Source: a virus (taxonomy: Duplodnaviria > Heunggongvirae > Uroviricota > Caudoviricetes). From it: a stretch of 64,000 nt of DNA. The translations under genes were made by a program, and so were the position numbers. The notes under the pieces were generated by a model. It saw only the letters and a list, made by a program, of their open reading frames with translations, was not told where the DNA came from and did not search any database. The stretch covers positions 265,787 through 329,786 of IMG/VR virus record IMGVR_UViG_3300015214_000024; one strand, 5' to 3'. This document shows positions 1 through 10,354 of this stretch, piece by piece. The stretch's first letter is position 1; each line of letters starts with the position of its first letter.

Positions 1-421
1 TTTCCATACAGCCACAGATCATAATGAACTTCGTGGCGAAAAGGGCTATCTTTTTACCATTGGTGATGAAGAAGTGCCGCCAACTTTGGAAGCTGCACAA
101 CTTGCACGTATCGGAATCACTGCTCAGAAGGACTATACGACTGAAGAGCTTTATGAAATGGTTAGCGAAAAGTATCACACTTTCCACATTATTGTTGAAC
201 AGGGTAACCATATGCATTATCGTCCGACACAAGTTCGTGAAAGCTGGAAAGCTTTGATGGGCGATCACGCAATTTTGTTGAGTGATTACACTAAGCTTTC
301 AGAAGTGGTAGTTTCTGTAATTCAGATTAATGAAGGCGCGGATCGTCATACTGTTATCAATTCTTGGGATGCTGCTACTCAACCGGTAGTTGCTCGAGCA
401 GTTAATGGAATCCAGCTCTAA
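1..421 (+). CDS. 5'-truncated VWA-like protein of the type found next to purA
   Basis: Frame is open from nt 2 (FHTATDHNELRGEKGYLFTIGDEEVPP...), so the gene starts before the window; KGYLFTIGDE resembles a vWA MIDAS-distal motif. Confidence 0.5.
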   Translation, partial: FHTATDHNELRGEKGYLFTIGDEEVPPTLEAAQLARIGITAQKDYTTEELYEMVSEKYHTFHIIVEQGNHMHYRPTQVRESWKALMGDHAILLSDYTKLSEVVVSVIQINEGADRHTVINSWDAATQPVVARAVNGIQL

Positions 422-436
422 GCGGGAGATTGAAAA

Positions 437-949
437 ATGAAAGCATCAGTGGTCATTGGTTCGCCATTCAGTCATCCGATCAGTGTATATCAAGATTTAA
501 TTCATTTCCAAACCAAGTTGATCGAAACTATTCAACTTGGTTTGGATGACCAAACTTTTAACTCTTATAGAGTATTGGTTTCATCTGGAAATAATGATGA
601 TTTTTATAAACAACATCATAAAAACGTTGATTGGACTAAACTCGAGCATTATAGTAATTTATTAGTTGATTGTATATTAGATAGCTTTGCTATTGAAAAG
701 GAAATAAACGCAAATAGAAATCTAATTACAGATGAAATTTCTAAATCTATTTTGAACAAATCCTATCTCAATGTTTTAGATGCTAATTGGCTTTCAGCTC
801 AATTTGATTCTGTAATAGCTCACGCTATTATTAGATTTATGGGTAAACAAAAATATATTCAGTTAGCCGTTCATAGTAAAAGATTTCCTGAGCTTGCTAC
901 CATATTAATTGATGTTATAAAAGAAAGCAACAAAAAAGCTGGTCTATAA
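437..949 (+). CDS. hypothetical protein; first residues (MKASVVIG) mimic the PurA N-terminus
   Basis: GGAG RBS, 170-aa ORF. Confidence 0.6.
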   Translation: MKASVVIGSPFSHPISVYQDLIHFQTKLIETIQLGLDDQTFNSYRVLVSSGNNDDFYKQHHKNVDWTKLEHYSNLLVDCILDSFAIEKEINANRNLITDEISKSILNKSYLNVLDANWLSAQFDSVIAHAIIRFMGKQKYIQLAVHSKRFPELATILIDVIKESNKKAGL

Positions 950-1924
950 TTTTCTACCAATAATCCATCCGTTAGATTGATAGATATCAACCTGGTCTAA
1001 TAAAATTTGCCGAGTTTCCTTAGTACCAATACGTGTCATCCATCTAACAGATGGGCGTTTCTTTTTATTTTTTCTACCTGGAAGCCTGCCACTAACCCAT
1101 CCTAAATCAATATAATGTTGAATTTCATTTTCTGGAAGAGCTTTGGATTTACCGTCCGATGGATTATGATACCATTTCCTTCCAGATATTTTATCAGAAA
1201 TTTTCTTCCTAATTTCAGGATTTTCCATAACTTTTTTCTGTGTTTCAGACATTGCTTTTATATAGTCCGGTTTTTCCTGTATCATTTTCTTTCGACCAAT
1301 AGACATATTTTTACGAGCATTAATTGACCGTTTAACGCCAGTTTTTTTATCACGGTATTCTTGGCGTTGCCAAACTTCTTTACCTTTTTCACTTTTTTGC
1401 TTGCGTTTTTCTTCCGAACGTTCAACTTCAGCAATTTTAGCAGTTTGGCTTTCACGATATTCTGGATCTTGCCATTTCTTTCTCATTTCTTCAGAACGTT
1501 GGGTCTTTAATTCATCAGTCCAAGAATTTTTAACAATAGTTGACAGCTTTTGCTTAGTTTCTTGACTCAAGCAATCTGATTCAAATGACGATGTATAGCG
1601 TGTATTAGTTAGTGGTCCTCTTGGCAAGACATCAATTTCAACTATAGTTCCAATTTTTTTCATTATTTCAGCTTCAAGCTTTTTAGCTTCATATTCAGAA
1701 ATATTTTCTTTTATTTTTACAATTATAGGGTCAAACCCCTCACTGATAATTTTTCTGATTTTTGTAGCTTTGATGGTTTGTGTTTTATCTTTTAGATGTT
1801 TAAGATACCGATTTCCTTGACCCTTGCCAACATAGATAGGCTCAAAGTTAAAAATCAAATCTTCATACATATATGACCCAGGTTTTCTTGGATCAAAATA
1901 TATATATGTATAAAAATTTTCCAT
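944..1924 (-). mobile_element. free-standing GIY-YIG-like homing endonuclease with NUMOD3-like basic repeats
   Basis: FYTYIY...PIYVGKGQGNRY nuclease motif, K/R-rich repeats, GW..GR modules; GGAG RBS before ATG 1924; antisense to neighbours. Confidence 0.75.
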
Positions 1925-2019
1925 AAACATCTCCAAAATTTCAACCAATTACTACACTATTTAGTATTGACTGTCAATATTTGATATGTTATGAATGGGT
2001 TGTTAAAAGGAGATATATC

Positions 2020-3234
2020 GTGAAAGCAAGTGTAGTGGTGGGTGCGAATTTTGGCGACTGTGGCAAGGGGCTAGTTACTAATTGGTTATCTGATGATGAT
2101 ACTACGGTAATTAGGTTCAATGGCGGCGCACAGGCTGGTCATACAGTTCAGTCCGAAGATGGCCACCGACACGTTTTCAGTCACATTGGTGCTGGTTCGT
2201 TTAAGGGTGCTAAAACTTGGTTGGGTGAGGAATTTGTCATCAATCCAGTAATTTTTCGCAAAGAAATGGATGAATATTCAAAATTGCCCTTTGGTAAGCC
2301 TGATATTTGGTATGATTACAGATGTAGGTTTACCACCCCTTGGGATATGGTAATAAACCAAGAATTAGAAATGAAACGAGCAGATAGCCGCCACGGCTCA
2401 GTTGGCCTTGGCTTTGGAGAGACTATTGAGCGATATGAACAGCTCGGTCTAACCTTAGCTATCGACAAAGTCCAAGAATGTAAAGACGATTTCGTTAAAT
2501 TTATGGTAGACAAATGGGTACCGGCTCGGGCTAAAGATCTTGGTATTGAGAGCAGGATTGATTACATACAAGATACGTTTTCAAATAAGCGATTTGTTGA
2601 CAAATATTTTGAAGATATTGATTTCTTTTTGCAAAATGCAAAGTCATCTGGAGTTAGAAATCCAACAAACGATTTGACTTTTATGGTTGGTAAGCGATCT
2701 AAAAATATTGTTTTTGAAGGGGCACAAGGCCTTTTACTTGATCAACATTATGGCAAATTTCCACACGTCACTCGGTCAAATACTGGGTTGATGAATATTG
2801 ATAAGCTTGCCAAACTTAACCATATCACATCGCTCAATATGTATTATGTTACCCGCTGTTATTTGACTCGTCACGGTGCTGGCCCACTGGAAAATGAACT
2901 TGATCAAGCACCTGTTGAGCATTTTTCAGACAAGACTAACCGTCCTAATCCATTCCAGGGATCTTTGCGTTTTGCACCCTTGAACTTGAATAAATTACGC
3001 GAGCGTATTGATCGAGATTTGCGGTTCTCCAATTTGACAAAGCAACTTAATCTTGTTATTACTTGTATGGATCAGATTGGTGACGATAACCGAATACCAG
3101 TCATAATCAATGGAGAAATCCAGGAACTATTGAATTATGAATTGATGGGTGAACTTATGTGTTTCTTCCCAGAATTTAATTTAATGATTTGCTCAGATCC
3201 AACTGGAAAAACTATAAGGGATTGGTTTTCGTGA
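2020..3234 (+). CDS. purA: adenylosuccinate synthetase
   Basis: GANFGDCGKG, RFNGGAQAGHT, FEGAQGLLLD, PHVTRS, TRHGAGP; AGGAG RBS before GTG 2020; Asp (not the PurZ Ser) in the GDxGKG motif. Confidence 0.92.
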   Translation: MKASVVVGANFGDCGKGLVTNWLSDDDTTVIRFNGGAQAGHTVQSEDGHRHVFSHIGAGSFKGAKTWLGEEFVINPVIFRKEMDEYSKLPFGKPDIWYDYRCRFTTPWDMVINQELEMKRADSRHGSVGLGFGETIERYEQLGLTLAIDKVQECKDDFVKFMVDKWVPARAKDLGIESRIDYIQDTFSNKRFVDKYFEDIDFFLQNAKSSGVRNPTNDLTFMVGKRSKNIVFEGAQGLLLDQHYGKFPHVTRSNTGLMNIDKLAKLNHITSLNMYYVTRCYLTRHGAGPLENELDQAPVEHFSDKTNRPNPFQGSLRFAPLNLNKLRERIDRDLRFSNLTKQLNLVITCMDQIGDDNRIPVIINGEIQELLNYELMGELMCFFPEFNLMICSDPTGKTIRDWFS

Positions 3235-3509
3235 AATTTGAAATTACACCAGAGCAATATGCTCGAGCTATGAAATGGATTTCTGAAGAAATTTATCCAG
3301 AGATAGTAGCTCTTCAGAAAGAAACTATTAAGGATCCAACATCAATTCATACCGCGTGTTGGGAGGCTGGTTATCCTTATGAAGGAGCGATCGGCGGCGG
3401 AATCACTTATGAGTTCACGCCTACCAGCTTAGGGATTGTAGAAAAAGTAAAATATACTACTTATAGCAAGGTTTTTGAGTTGGATTTGACTAACTATTCT
3501 GATTGGTAA
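3231..3509 (+). CDS. conserved phage hypothetical protein
   Basis: GTG overlaps the purA stop; GAIGGGITYEFTPTSLG motif. Confidence 0.6.
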   Translation: MKFEITPEQYARAMKWISEEIYPEIVALQKETIKDPTSIHTACWEAGYPYEGAIGGGITYEFTPTSLGIVEKVKYTTYSKVFELDLTNYSDW

Positions 3510-4282
3510 TCTTTAATCCAAATCCAGCCTTGTGGGATCACATCTGAAGCTTTGAAATATTTTCTAACTAACGTTTCTGTATTGATATACAGTTTAGTGT
3601 TTTTCCGAGCTTCAGAATTCTTTTTATTCCATTCATCAGTCTTTTCGATTTTTTTCATTTTATTAATAAACTCTTTGGATCTTTTTAATCCAGTATTTGC
3701 TTTAGAGATTTTTTCACGTTGCTCTTTTGAAATGATTTTTCCTTTATGAGTTGATGATATTTTCTGTCTTGCTTCTTCTGTATGAGTTTTTCCATACATT
3801 ATATTTTTATTACCGGATCCAAAGACACCATTAGTTCTGCCAAGTTGATATCCATCAGGAATGGATTGTGGTTCTATATATAAATCTTGGATACCATTAG
3901 TAACCCATCGTTTACCTTTCTTTGTGTCAGATATTTTAATTTTCGTTTCATCTGAATGAGTTAAATTCCATTCTAAATGATGATTATAGCCATTTGATTT
4001 ATTAAGGAAATTTTTACTATTGGCAGCATCAATTCTTGATAAAAATTTATGCTCCCATAACAGAGCACTTTTAGGATCATTGAAAATTTTTCTAATGCTA
4101 ATGAAGTCGGGTTCCCCATTCAATAATCTAAATTGTTCTACTTCTTTAGATGATGTGAAATAACTGGTCCATAAATTTGACGGATGTGCTTTCTTCGTCA
4201 ATTGACCAATTTCAACACCATAATACCAAATATTATGAGCAGTCCATCCTATCATATAACAATATGGTTTATAATCGTTCAT
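3494..4282 (-). mobile_element. GIY-YIG-like/NUMOD3 homing endonuclease
   Basis: PYCYMI...WYYGV, YFTSSK, repeated HSDETKIKIS/HTEEARQKIS NUMOD3 motifs; AGGAG RBS. Confidence 0.75.
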
Positions 4283-4369
4283 TTTTATTTCTCCTTTGTA
4301 TTTATACACAGATTATAAATCCTGGTAAGGTGCTTGACAGCCGTCTCATTGTGTTATATACAGTCTGGT

Positions 4370-4786
4370 ATGACGACATCATTCATATCCATAGAACTTG
4401 GTGATAGCCACTATTATTTCATTAGTGACGTTGTGGCTATACGACTTGGTGATTATGAGTCAATGTCAGCCGATCAAAAAAATAATATTTGTACGGCTAC
4501 CACTAAATTTGGTGAACCGGTTCCAGAATGCCTAATCACAAGATTTGATAAGACGCCTAACCAAAATTATTTTTATGGAAGGCTGAAAATATTCCCCAGC
4601 CAAAATTCTCCTTATAAGCGAAGCCTTACTAGGATTGTACCAGAGCTTGAACCATTTTACAGAAAAATACGACACCTGTGTGATCTTATTGACGTTAATG
4701 GGAAGGCATATATTACTATCAATCCATCAAATATTGATAATGAAGACCTTCAAACATTCATTTCTTATGTGCAGCTTACAAAATGA
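4370..4786 (+). CDS. hypothetical protein (paralog of next gene)
   Basis: Shares LG.xH.Y and EDxQxFxxYxxLT with 4783..5235; TTGACA promoter at ~4335. Confidence 0.6.
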   Translation: MTTSFISIELGDSHYYFISDVVAIRLGDYESMSADQKNNICTATTKFGEPVPECLITRFDKTPNQNYFYGRLKIFPSQNSPYKRSLTRIVPELEPFYRKIRHLCDLIDVNGKAYITINPSNIDNEDLQTFISYVQLTK

Positions 4787-5235
4787 TGGACACTGGTGAA
4801 AAAAAGCATTTGCCATTAGGCGAAAATCACTTTTATTATTTGGATGACAAGAGTGAAATTGATCTCAATTTTTACTTAACTTGGTCTGACCAAATGAAAT
4901 CAGATGTGAAAGTGGCAAAATTTGGTGCTAAATGGGGTGCAGCCCCAACCCCTATTGATCTAATACATCATCCATCCGGGCACAAGACTTTTCAAGCAAT
5001 ACGCCGTGCTTGGCCGGATGGCAGAGAAGACGGATTTAAATTTATTGAATCTAGCTACAAGACAACTCAGTTGACTGACGATCTGGCCCAAATGATACGA
5101 GGTAAAAACTTCTTATATTACATTAAAGTTTTCGCCAATAAAAAAGATCATAGAGCATTTGTCATTTATCCGCCAGAATTGGAAGAAGACGAAGATTTTC
5201 AAGCCTTTATGACTTATATTAACTTGACGAGGTGA
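4783..5235 (+). CDS. hypothetical protein (paralog of previous gene)
   Basis: ATGA overlap, shared motifs. Confidence 0.6.
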   Translation: MMDTGEKKHLPLGENHFYYLDDKSEIDLNFYLTWSDQMKSDVKVAKFGAKWGAAPTPIDLIHHPSGHKTFQAIRRAWPDGREDGFKFIESSYKTTQLTDDLAQMIRGKNFLYYIKVFANKKDHRAFVIYPPELEEDEDFQAFMTYINLTR

Positions 5236-5238
5236 ACT

Positions 5239-5607
5239 ATGGAAAAGTTTATTGTTCTTTTGAATAACACTGGCGATGTCTGCATTTCGTGGGACAAAGA
5301 TCAAGATCTTGAGTTGCTAACATATATTCAGAAAAAAATCGACGCAGGATATATTTTCTTTGTTACTGATCGTACTTTTTTTAATTTGGTAAAACGCAAA
5401 AAAGCAATTAAATCAGTGAATGAAATCGGTAAAGATCGAAAAGTTTATCTGGATGATGCTGACGCAGAACAATTAGCAGCTGATAATAAGATCACTATTT
5501 CAAAAATTGAAACTGACCAGGTGAACACTATCAGCAAAGCAAAGACTGCACAAGATGTCGTCAGTGCTGGCGCTGCCGTGGCAGTAAGGCCTGCCAAGGG
5601 AGGATAA
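5239..5607 (+). CDS. small protein ending in di-glycine (AVRPAKGG), ubiquitin/sulfur-carrier-like C-terminus
   Basis: GAGG RBS; C-terminal hydrophobic strand followed by PAKGG. Confidence 0.5.
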   Translation: MEKFIVLLNNTGDVCISWDKDQDLELLTYIQKKIDAGYIFFVTDRTFFNLVKRKKAIKSVNEIGKDRKVYLDDADAEQLAADNKITISKIETDQVNTISKAKTAQDVVSAGAAVAVRPAKGG

Positions 5608-5608
5608 C

Positions 5609-7015
5609 TTGCCCGGTTGTGCCGAAACTCAATATATTTTTGATTCAAGTTTTGAATTAGGCTATATTACTGCTGATGTGTACGATTGGCTATACGATCT
5701 TGATTTCAATTTAGATCGATTAGTTGATTATAGTAATGGTGATATCACTATGGAAGAACTTCGAGCAGAAATTCGCGAAGCGAATATTCGAGACTTCTAT
5801 TATGACAATAATCAGCAAGTTGATTTACAGACAATCGTTACTGACCATTTCGATGAAAACTACAATCATCTTAGCTTAGTTGAACAATGCTTCTATGATC
5901 TTCAGATTATGTTTGGTAGCAATGATCAGCCTGAAAGTATGAAGCACGCTCTTGCTCGTAGAATATCAGACTGTTATTTTGGTAATAGATTTCATCCACC
6001 AATCAAACGTATCACCAATGAGAACGATTTGAGTGATCGATCTTTCCATTTGGAAATTATGCGCAACGATTTGACCATTTCAAAATGGACCAAGCGTATG
6101 AAAGATCGCCGCCATCAGTCTATCAGAAATCTATCCAAAGTTGACGTTGGTGAACTTCGCGAATTTATGATGATGAAACTACAACAGCGCGAAGAGCGTT
6201 TTCGAGCACACGCGCAAATGATGGCGAATTTACGCTTTGATGGAGATCAAGTAGTATTAGAAACTGGCGACAGTGATTATAGTCTATTCCCTGACCGCGC
6301 AGGCCAGGTAAAAAAGCAATATAGGAATAAATTTAGCAAGAAAAATAAAAAGAATGCTAGAAAGGCTATATCTAGGGCAGTTGAATTATTTGGTAAATTC
6401 TTTGATAAAAAAGATATTGAAGGATTTATTAAAGGATATGAATATATCGTAGAGGGCGATAAATTTAATTATCGTTTGACTAAAACTGATAGGACCAATT
6501 TGCTGTTGAATACTATCAATCCTTATAATGTTCATATTCCATATGATTTGGAAATTACTGATAAAAATAATATTGTCTTGGCCAAAGCTTGCTATTTGTT
6601 TGAAGACACGCCAATTATTGACCAAATCATTGCATTTACTATGATGATTAAGAGTGGTAATGAAAATGATTTTATTCAAAAGGCTAATTTGTTTTCCACA
6701 ACTGGTTCATATAAAGGATCAGAGTTACAGCAGGTTAAACAATCCCTAACTCCGACTCGGTTTGGTGATGATATGGATATCCTAAGTCTTGCAATGGAAA
6801 ATCACGCATTAACCGCATTAGGTGATACCCGAGAGCATCAAATTTGGACCAATAGAATCAATGATTCATTAGATCCTGTTTTTGCTGAGCAGATTGGGAT
6901 GAATATTGAAGAATGGAACCTTCTTTGTTATCCTAATGAAAATTTTGGAGCAATGATGGATCATCCATCATTGATAGCACCGCAGATTAGGTTATTGACA
7001 AATAAGTCATCCTAA
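5609..7015 (+). CDS. hypothetical protein, coupled to the GG-ending protein
   Basis: 468-aa ORF starting 1 nt after the previous stop; C..F.DTP..DQ...E..F...AN motif. Confidence 0.6.
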   Translation: MPGCAETQYIFDSSFELGYITADVYDWLYDLDFNLDRLVDYSNGDITMEELRAEIREANIRDFYYDNNQQVDLQTIVTDHFDENYNHLSLVEQCFYDLQIMFGSNDQPESMKHALARRISDCYFGNRFHPPIKRITNENDLSDRSFHLEIMRNDLTISKWTKRMKDRRHQSIRNLSKVDVGELREFMMMKLQQREERFRAHAQMMANLRFDGDQVVLETGDSDYSLFPDRAGQVKKQYRNKFSKKNKKNARKAISRAVELFGKFFDKKDIEGFIKGYEYIVEGDKFNYRLTKTDRTNLLLNTINPYNVHIPYDLEITDKNNIVLAKACYLFEDTPIIDQIIAFTMMIKSGNENDFIQKANLFSTTGSYKGSELQQVKQSLTPTRFGDDMDILSLAMENHALTALGDTREHQIWTNRINDSLDPVFAEQIGMNIEEWNLLCYPNENFGAMMDHPSLIAPQIRLLTNKSS

Positions 7016-7029
7016 TTTATAGTGTGATT

Positions 7030-7260
7030 ATGACAAATAAGATATATCCTTTTGAGACTACAATAACAAAAGAACAACATCCTAATTTAGCCAAGGTGAA
7101 AATCAAAGGCGACAAATGGTGCCGATACCATTGTGCTGATTTGCATTCCAGTAAGATGGTTTATGATGACCTTGATGGTACAGATTATGTCATTTTCCAA
7201 TTCCGTGAAAGTTCAGATTTAACAGCTTTCAAAATTGGGTTTGATGTTTACGATTTTTGA
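7030..7260 (+). CDS. small hypothetical protein (F.x.x.x.DLTAF paralog family)
   Basis: ORF downstream of a TTGACA promoter. Confidence 0.55.
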   Translation: MTNKIYPFETTITKEQHPNLAKVKIKGDKWCRYHCADLHSSKMVYDDLDGTDYVIFQFRESSDLTAFKIGFDVYDF

Positions 7261-7264
7261 AAGA

Positions 7265-7930
7265 ATGGAAAATATGAATTACGAAGAAATTTACTTATCA
7301 CTTGATATTGAAGCTGATGGACGAGTTCCAGGAATTAGCTCAATGTTGAGCTTTGGTTTGGCTGCCTATGATATGGACAAGAACTATTTGGGTTCGTTTG
7401 AACGCAATTTAGATCTCTTACCAAATGCAAAGCCCCATCCTGAAACTGAAAAGTTTTGGGAAGATAACCAAGAAGCATATGATATCACAAGAATTAATAT
7501 GGTTAAACCTTATGATGCTATGATGGATTGTAGCAAATGGATTAATGATATTAGACAAACGTTTAAGGGCAAACCAACTGTTGTTGGCTATCCAGCTACA
7601 TTTGATTATATGTTTTATAATTGGTATATGTGTGCTTTTCTTGGGAATAATGCAATGGGATTTGGTGCGCTAGATGTCAAATCCTATGCTATGGCGATGC
7701 TTAAGAAAACATTTAGAAACACTACTAAGCGGGCAATGCCTAGGGAGTGGTTTGATGCGTTTCCACACACTCACGTCGCTATTGAGGATAGTTTGGAACA
7801 AGGTGCATTGACCATCAATATGATTCGTGCCAATCTGGGACTAGAACGAATCATAGGTGTCAAAGCTCATTCTAAGGCTATCGAAGACATAAATCCTGGA
7901 ACTAAAATTCAACTTCCGGCACGCCGATAG
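7265..7930 (+). CDS. DEDDh 3'-5' exonuclease/exoribonuclease
   Basis: LDIEADG, PATFDY, LDVKSY, HTHVAIEDS. Confidence 0.8.
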   Translation: MENMNYEEIYLSLDIEADGRVPGISSMLSFGLAAYDMDKNYLGSFERNLDLLPNAKPHPETEKFWEDNQEAYDITRINMVKPYDAMMDCSKWINDIRQTFKGKPTVVGYPATFDYMFYNWYMCAFLGNNAMGFGALDVKSYAMAMLKKTFRNTTKRAMPREWFDAFPHTHVAIEDSLEQGALTINMIRANLGLERIIGVKAHSKAIEDINPGTKIQLPARR

Positions 7931-8809
7931 TTTAATATTATTTTTTTCTTTATCAAGAGTGAATGTATATTTTGATTTAACTTCAATTATCATATTTTCA
8001 CTTTTGATAAAGATATCAGGGTAATATCTTCTTTTCTTCCCATCAAATTCATACCAAATTTCTGGTTTCTCTATATCAGATACGATAATATCGTTTTCTT
8101 CATATCCTTGCGATAATAACCAATCAATCATTTGCGGCTCATACCCTTGGCAATATTCTATCTTGCCGGACGGAAAGACATACTCCTTTTTCTTGTATGA
8201 ATTCTTTAACGCTTTATCTCTAAATTCTGAAACTTGACTTGGGTTAGATACACCATATCGTTCTATCATAGTATTTTGAAAGTTTTGTGTTTGGATTATA
8301 TAATCGGTGTTTTCAGCCATCTTTTTCGAAAACTCTTTAACATTCATAGGATTTTCAACATTATAGCGTTTTAAATTAGTTTGACGCTTTTTCTCCTTAA
8401 TATCTTCAGATTGGCTCGGATTCGATACCCCGTAGTTTTCTAGACACGTCTCAATTTTTCTTTTCTTGATTGCCTCAGCCTGTGATATATGTTGAACCCC
8501 GTATTCTTCTAAAATAGATTGCTTTATTTTTTCACGAATTCCGTGCGACGATAGTGCATACTCAACGCCATAACGCTCTAAACAGGTTTCCTTCATTTTT
8601 TCTTTGACGTCTTCCAATTGTGCTGGATTTTCAACTCCATATTTTTCAATACAAGTCTTTTTAGCTTTTTCTAAAGATTCTTTAGTGCGTGGTTTTTGAC
8701 GTTTTTTCTTCTGAGCCGGGCACTGACTTGGAAATTGTTCACAACGCCACCTCTTTGTTCCTTTTGAATAGAATTTAGCTTCATTACCACATCCGTTGTC
8801 ACATTTCAT
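7841..8809 (-). mobile_element. homing endonuclease with CLERYGVEN repeats and a C-terminal PD-(D/E)xK domain
   Basis: N-terminal Cys cluster, five to six TCxExYGVxNP repeats, YYPDIFI...IIEVKS; 3' end overlaps the exonuclease by 90 nt. Confidence 0.7.
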
Positions 8810-8892
8810 TTTAGTGTCCTTTTATTTTATTTATGATATTCATATTGCATTTAATGATGATTTTTGTTATTTTATTTAAAAAGGAAAATCTA

Positions 8893-9312
8893 ATGACAAT
8901 AAAAGATATTTTAATCGAAATAGAATGGTTATTATTCGTAAAAAGCAATAAAAAAATATACTATGAAATACTGGTGGATGGTAATAAAATAACTACTGGT
9001 AATCCCTTCAATAAAGAATATGCTCAGGATTTTGTTGATCAAATCACACGGTTTCGTCATTCTAATAAACACATTACGTTGAAAGTTAAAAATTTAATTG
9101 CAAAAACTATCCCTAAAATTTTCGAAACCTTCAGTGAGCGAACTCCAGATCAAAATACAATGCTAAATTTAATTGACATATGCAATAATATTTTAACTGA
9201 AGATCAATTTTTAGAAATAATTGATAAAATTGATGACCTAACCTTAATATCAATTTTCAAAAAAAATATTACTAGACCAGTCGTCGTTTCAGCAATAGTG
9301 CTGAGAGAATGA
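8893..9312 (+). CDS. hypothetical protein
   Basis: AAGGA RBS before ATG 8893. Confidence 0.5.
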   Translation: MTIKDILIEIEWLLFVKSNKKIYYEILVDGNKITTGNPFNKEYAQDFVDQITRFRHSNKHITLKVKNLIAKTIPKIFETFSERTPDQNTMLNLIDICNNILTEDQFLEIIDKIDDLTLISIFKKNITRPVVVSAIVLRE

Positions 9313-9388
9313 CCAATGTAATTCATTAAGGGTTGACATTCCTGCGGAATCTGCTAAATTGCACACATAACGCAATTTAGGAGGTTTT

Positions 9389-9856
9389 ATGAAAGGGCAA
9401 GCTACTGTTGTTTACGATCCAGCTCGTCCTGGATTGAAGACTCGAAACACTGGATGGGCAGTTGCGAATGTGCGCGGTGGTGCAGAATTGCATCGTTACT
9501 TTCAGTATTGGCTTAACAAGGAAATGAATCCTTTGGCTATTGAAGTCCAAGGTTCTTTGAAAAAGTATCCTTTCGTTAAGCTTTGTCAGCCATCTTGGGG
9601 TACTCACATCTCCATCGTTCGTGGCGAGCGACTCCGTCCGGAAGTTCGTGGACTATGGAAGAAGTACCAAGGCAAGACTTTTGAGTTTGAATATGATCTT
9701 GATTCCCACCAGGTTTTCAGTGGTTATAATAAGGACGATGAAGGATGCTTTTTCATCACTGATATTAAGAGCGATGATTTACTTAATATCCGTGCTGAAC
9801 TTGGTCTTAAGACTGACTGGCCGCTTCATATGACTGTCGCTCGGGTTTATCGCTAA
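9389..9856 (+). CDS. 2H phosphoesterase-family protein
   Basis: Two Hx(S/T)h motifs: THISIV and LHMTVA; AGGAGG RBS and own promoter. Confidence 0.65.
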   Translation: MKGQATVVYDPARPGLKTRNTGWAVANVRGGAELHRYFQYWLNKEMNPLAIEVQGSLKKYPFVKLCQPSWGTHISIVRGERLRPEVRGLWKKYQGKTFEFEYDLDSHQVFSGYNKDDEGCFFITDIKSDDLLNIRAELGLKTDWPLHMTVARVYR

Positions 9857-9912
9857 CCCGGGCGATTTTTCTTGATTTTTGAAATGTTGTATGTTATATT
9901 CTGAAAAAGAAA

Positions 9913-10104
9913 GTGGATAATATGCAAATTTCAAATAAAGTAGCTGAACTGTTGGAAAGTGGTTGGGAAATACACGAATATTATGATGTTTCGTTAACTA
10001 CAAATGGTGCAGAAGTTAAGATACCAATCGGTCTCCAACCAGGGCAAATTTGTAGAGAAATTGACGGCATCTTTTTAGTCTATGTTGGAGAAAAAGATGA
10101 CTGA
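9913..10104 (+). CDS. hypothetical protein
   Basis: ORF track. Confidence 0.4.
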   Translation: MDNMQISNKVAELLESGWEIHEYYDVSLTTNGAEVKIPIGLQPGQICREIDGIFLVYVGEKDD

Positions 10105-10354
10105 TAATGTAATTAACTTTCCCAAAAATAAAAGCACAGAGCCTATGGCTGATGTTGCTCGTGAGATGATTAAAGTTTCAATCAAAGAAGCTGGTAAATA
10201 TGGTTATAATTTAACCAAACATCCAGAAGCCTTGTTGGATTTTGAAATCATTTATAAGATGCTTGTCAGTACATTGGCTAGATCCAAAGGAATTGATCAT
10301 CCGTGGCAACCAGTTATGGATGAACTTACTGGAATAAATCAGGAAACAGACTAA
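10097..10354 (+). CDS. hypothetical protein (DNVINFP motif)
   Basis: GGAG RBS; NVIxFP motif common in phage proteins. Confidence 0.6.
   Translation: MTDNVINFPKNKSTEPMADVAREMIKVSIKEAGKYGYNLTKHPEALLDFEIIYKMLVSTLARSKGIDHPWQPVMDELTGINQETD

Noticed and set aside
2020-3234. PurZ (2-aminoadenine DNA pathway)
   Set aside because: The motif is GDCGKG with the PurA catalytic Asp, not the Ser of PurZ, and no clear dATPase/MazZ partners are adjacent
8230-8680. DNA tandem repeat or array
   Set aside because: The periodicity is the protein-level CLERYGVEN repeat of a homing endonuclease
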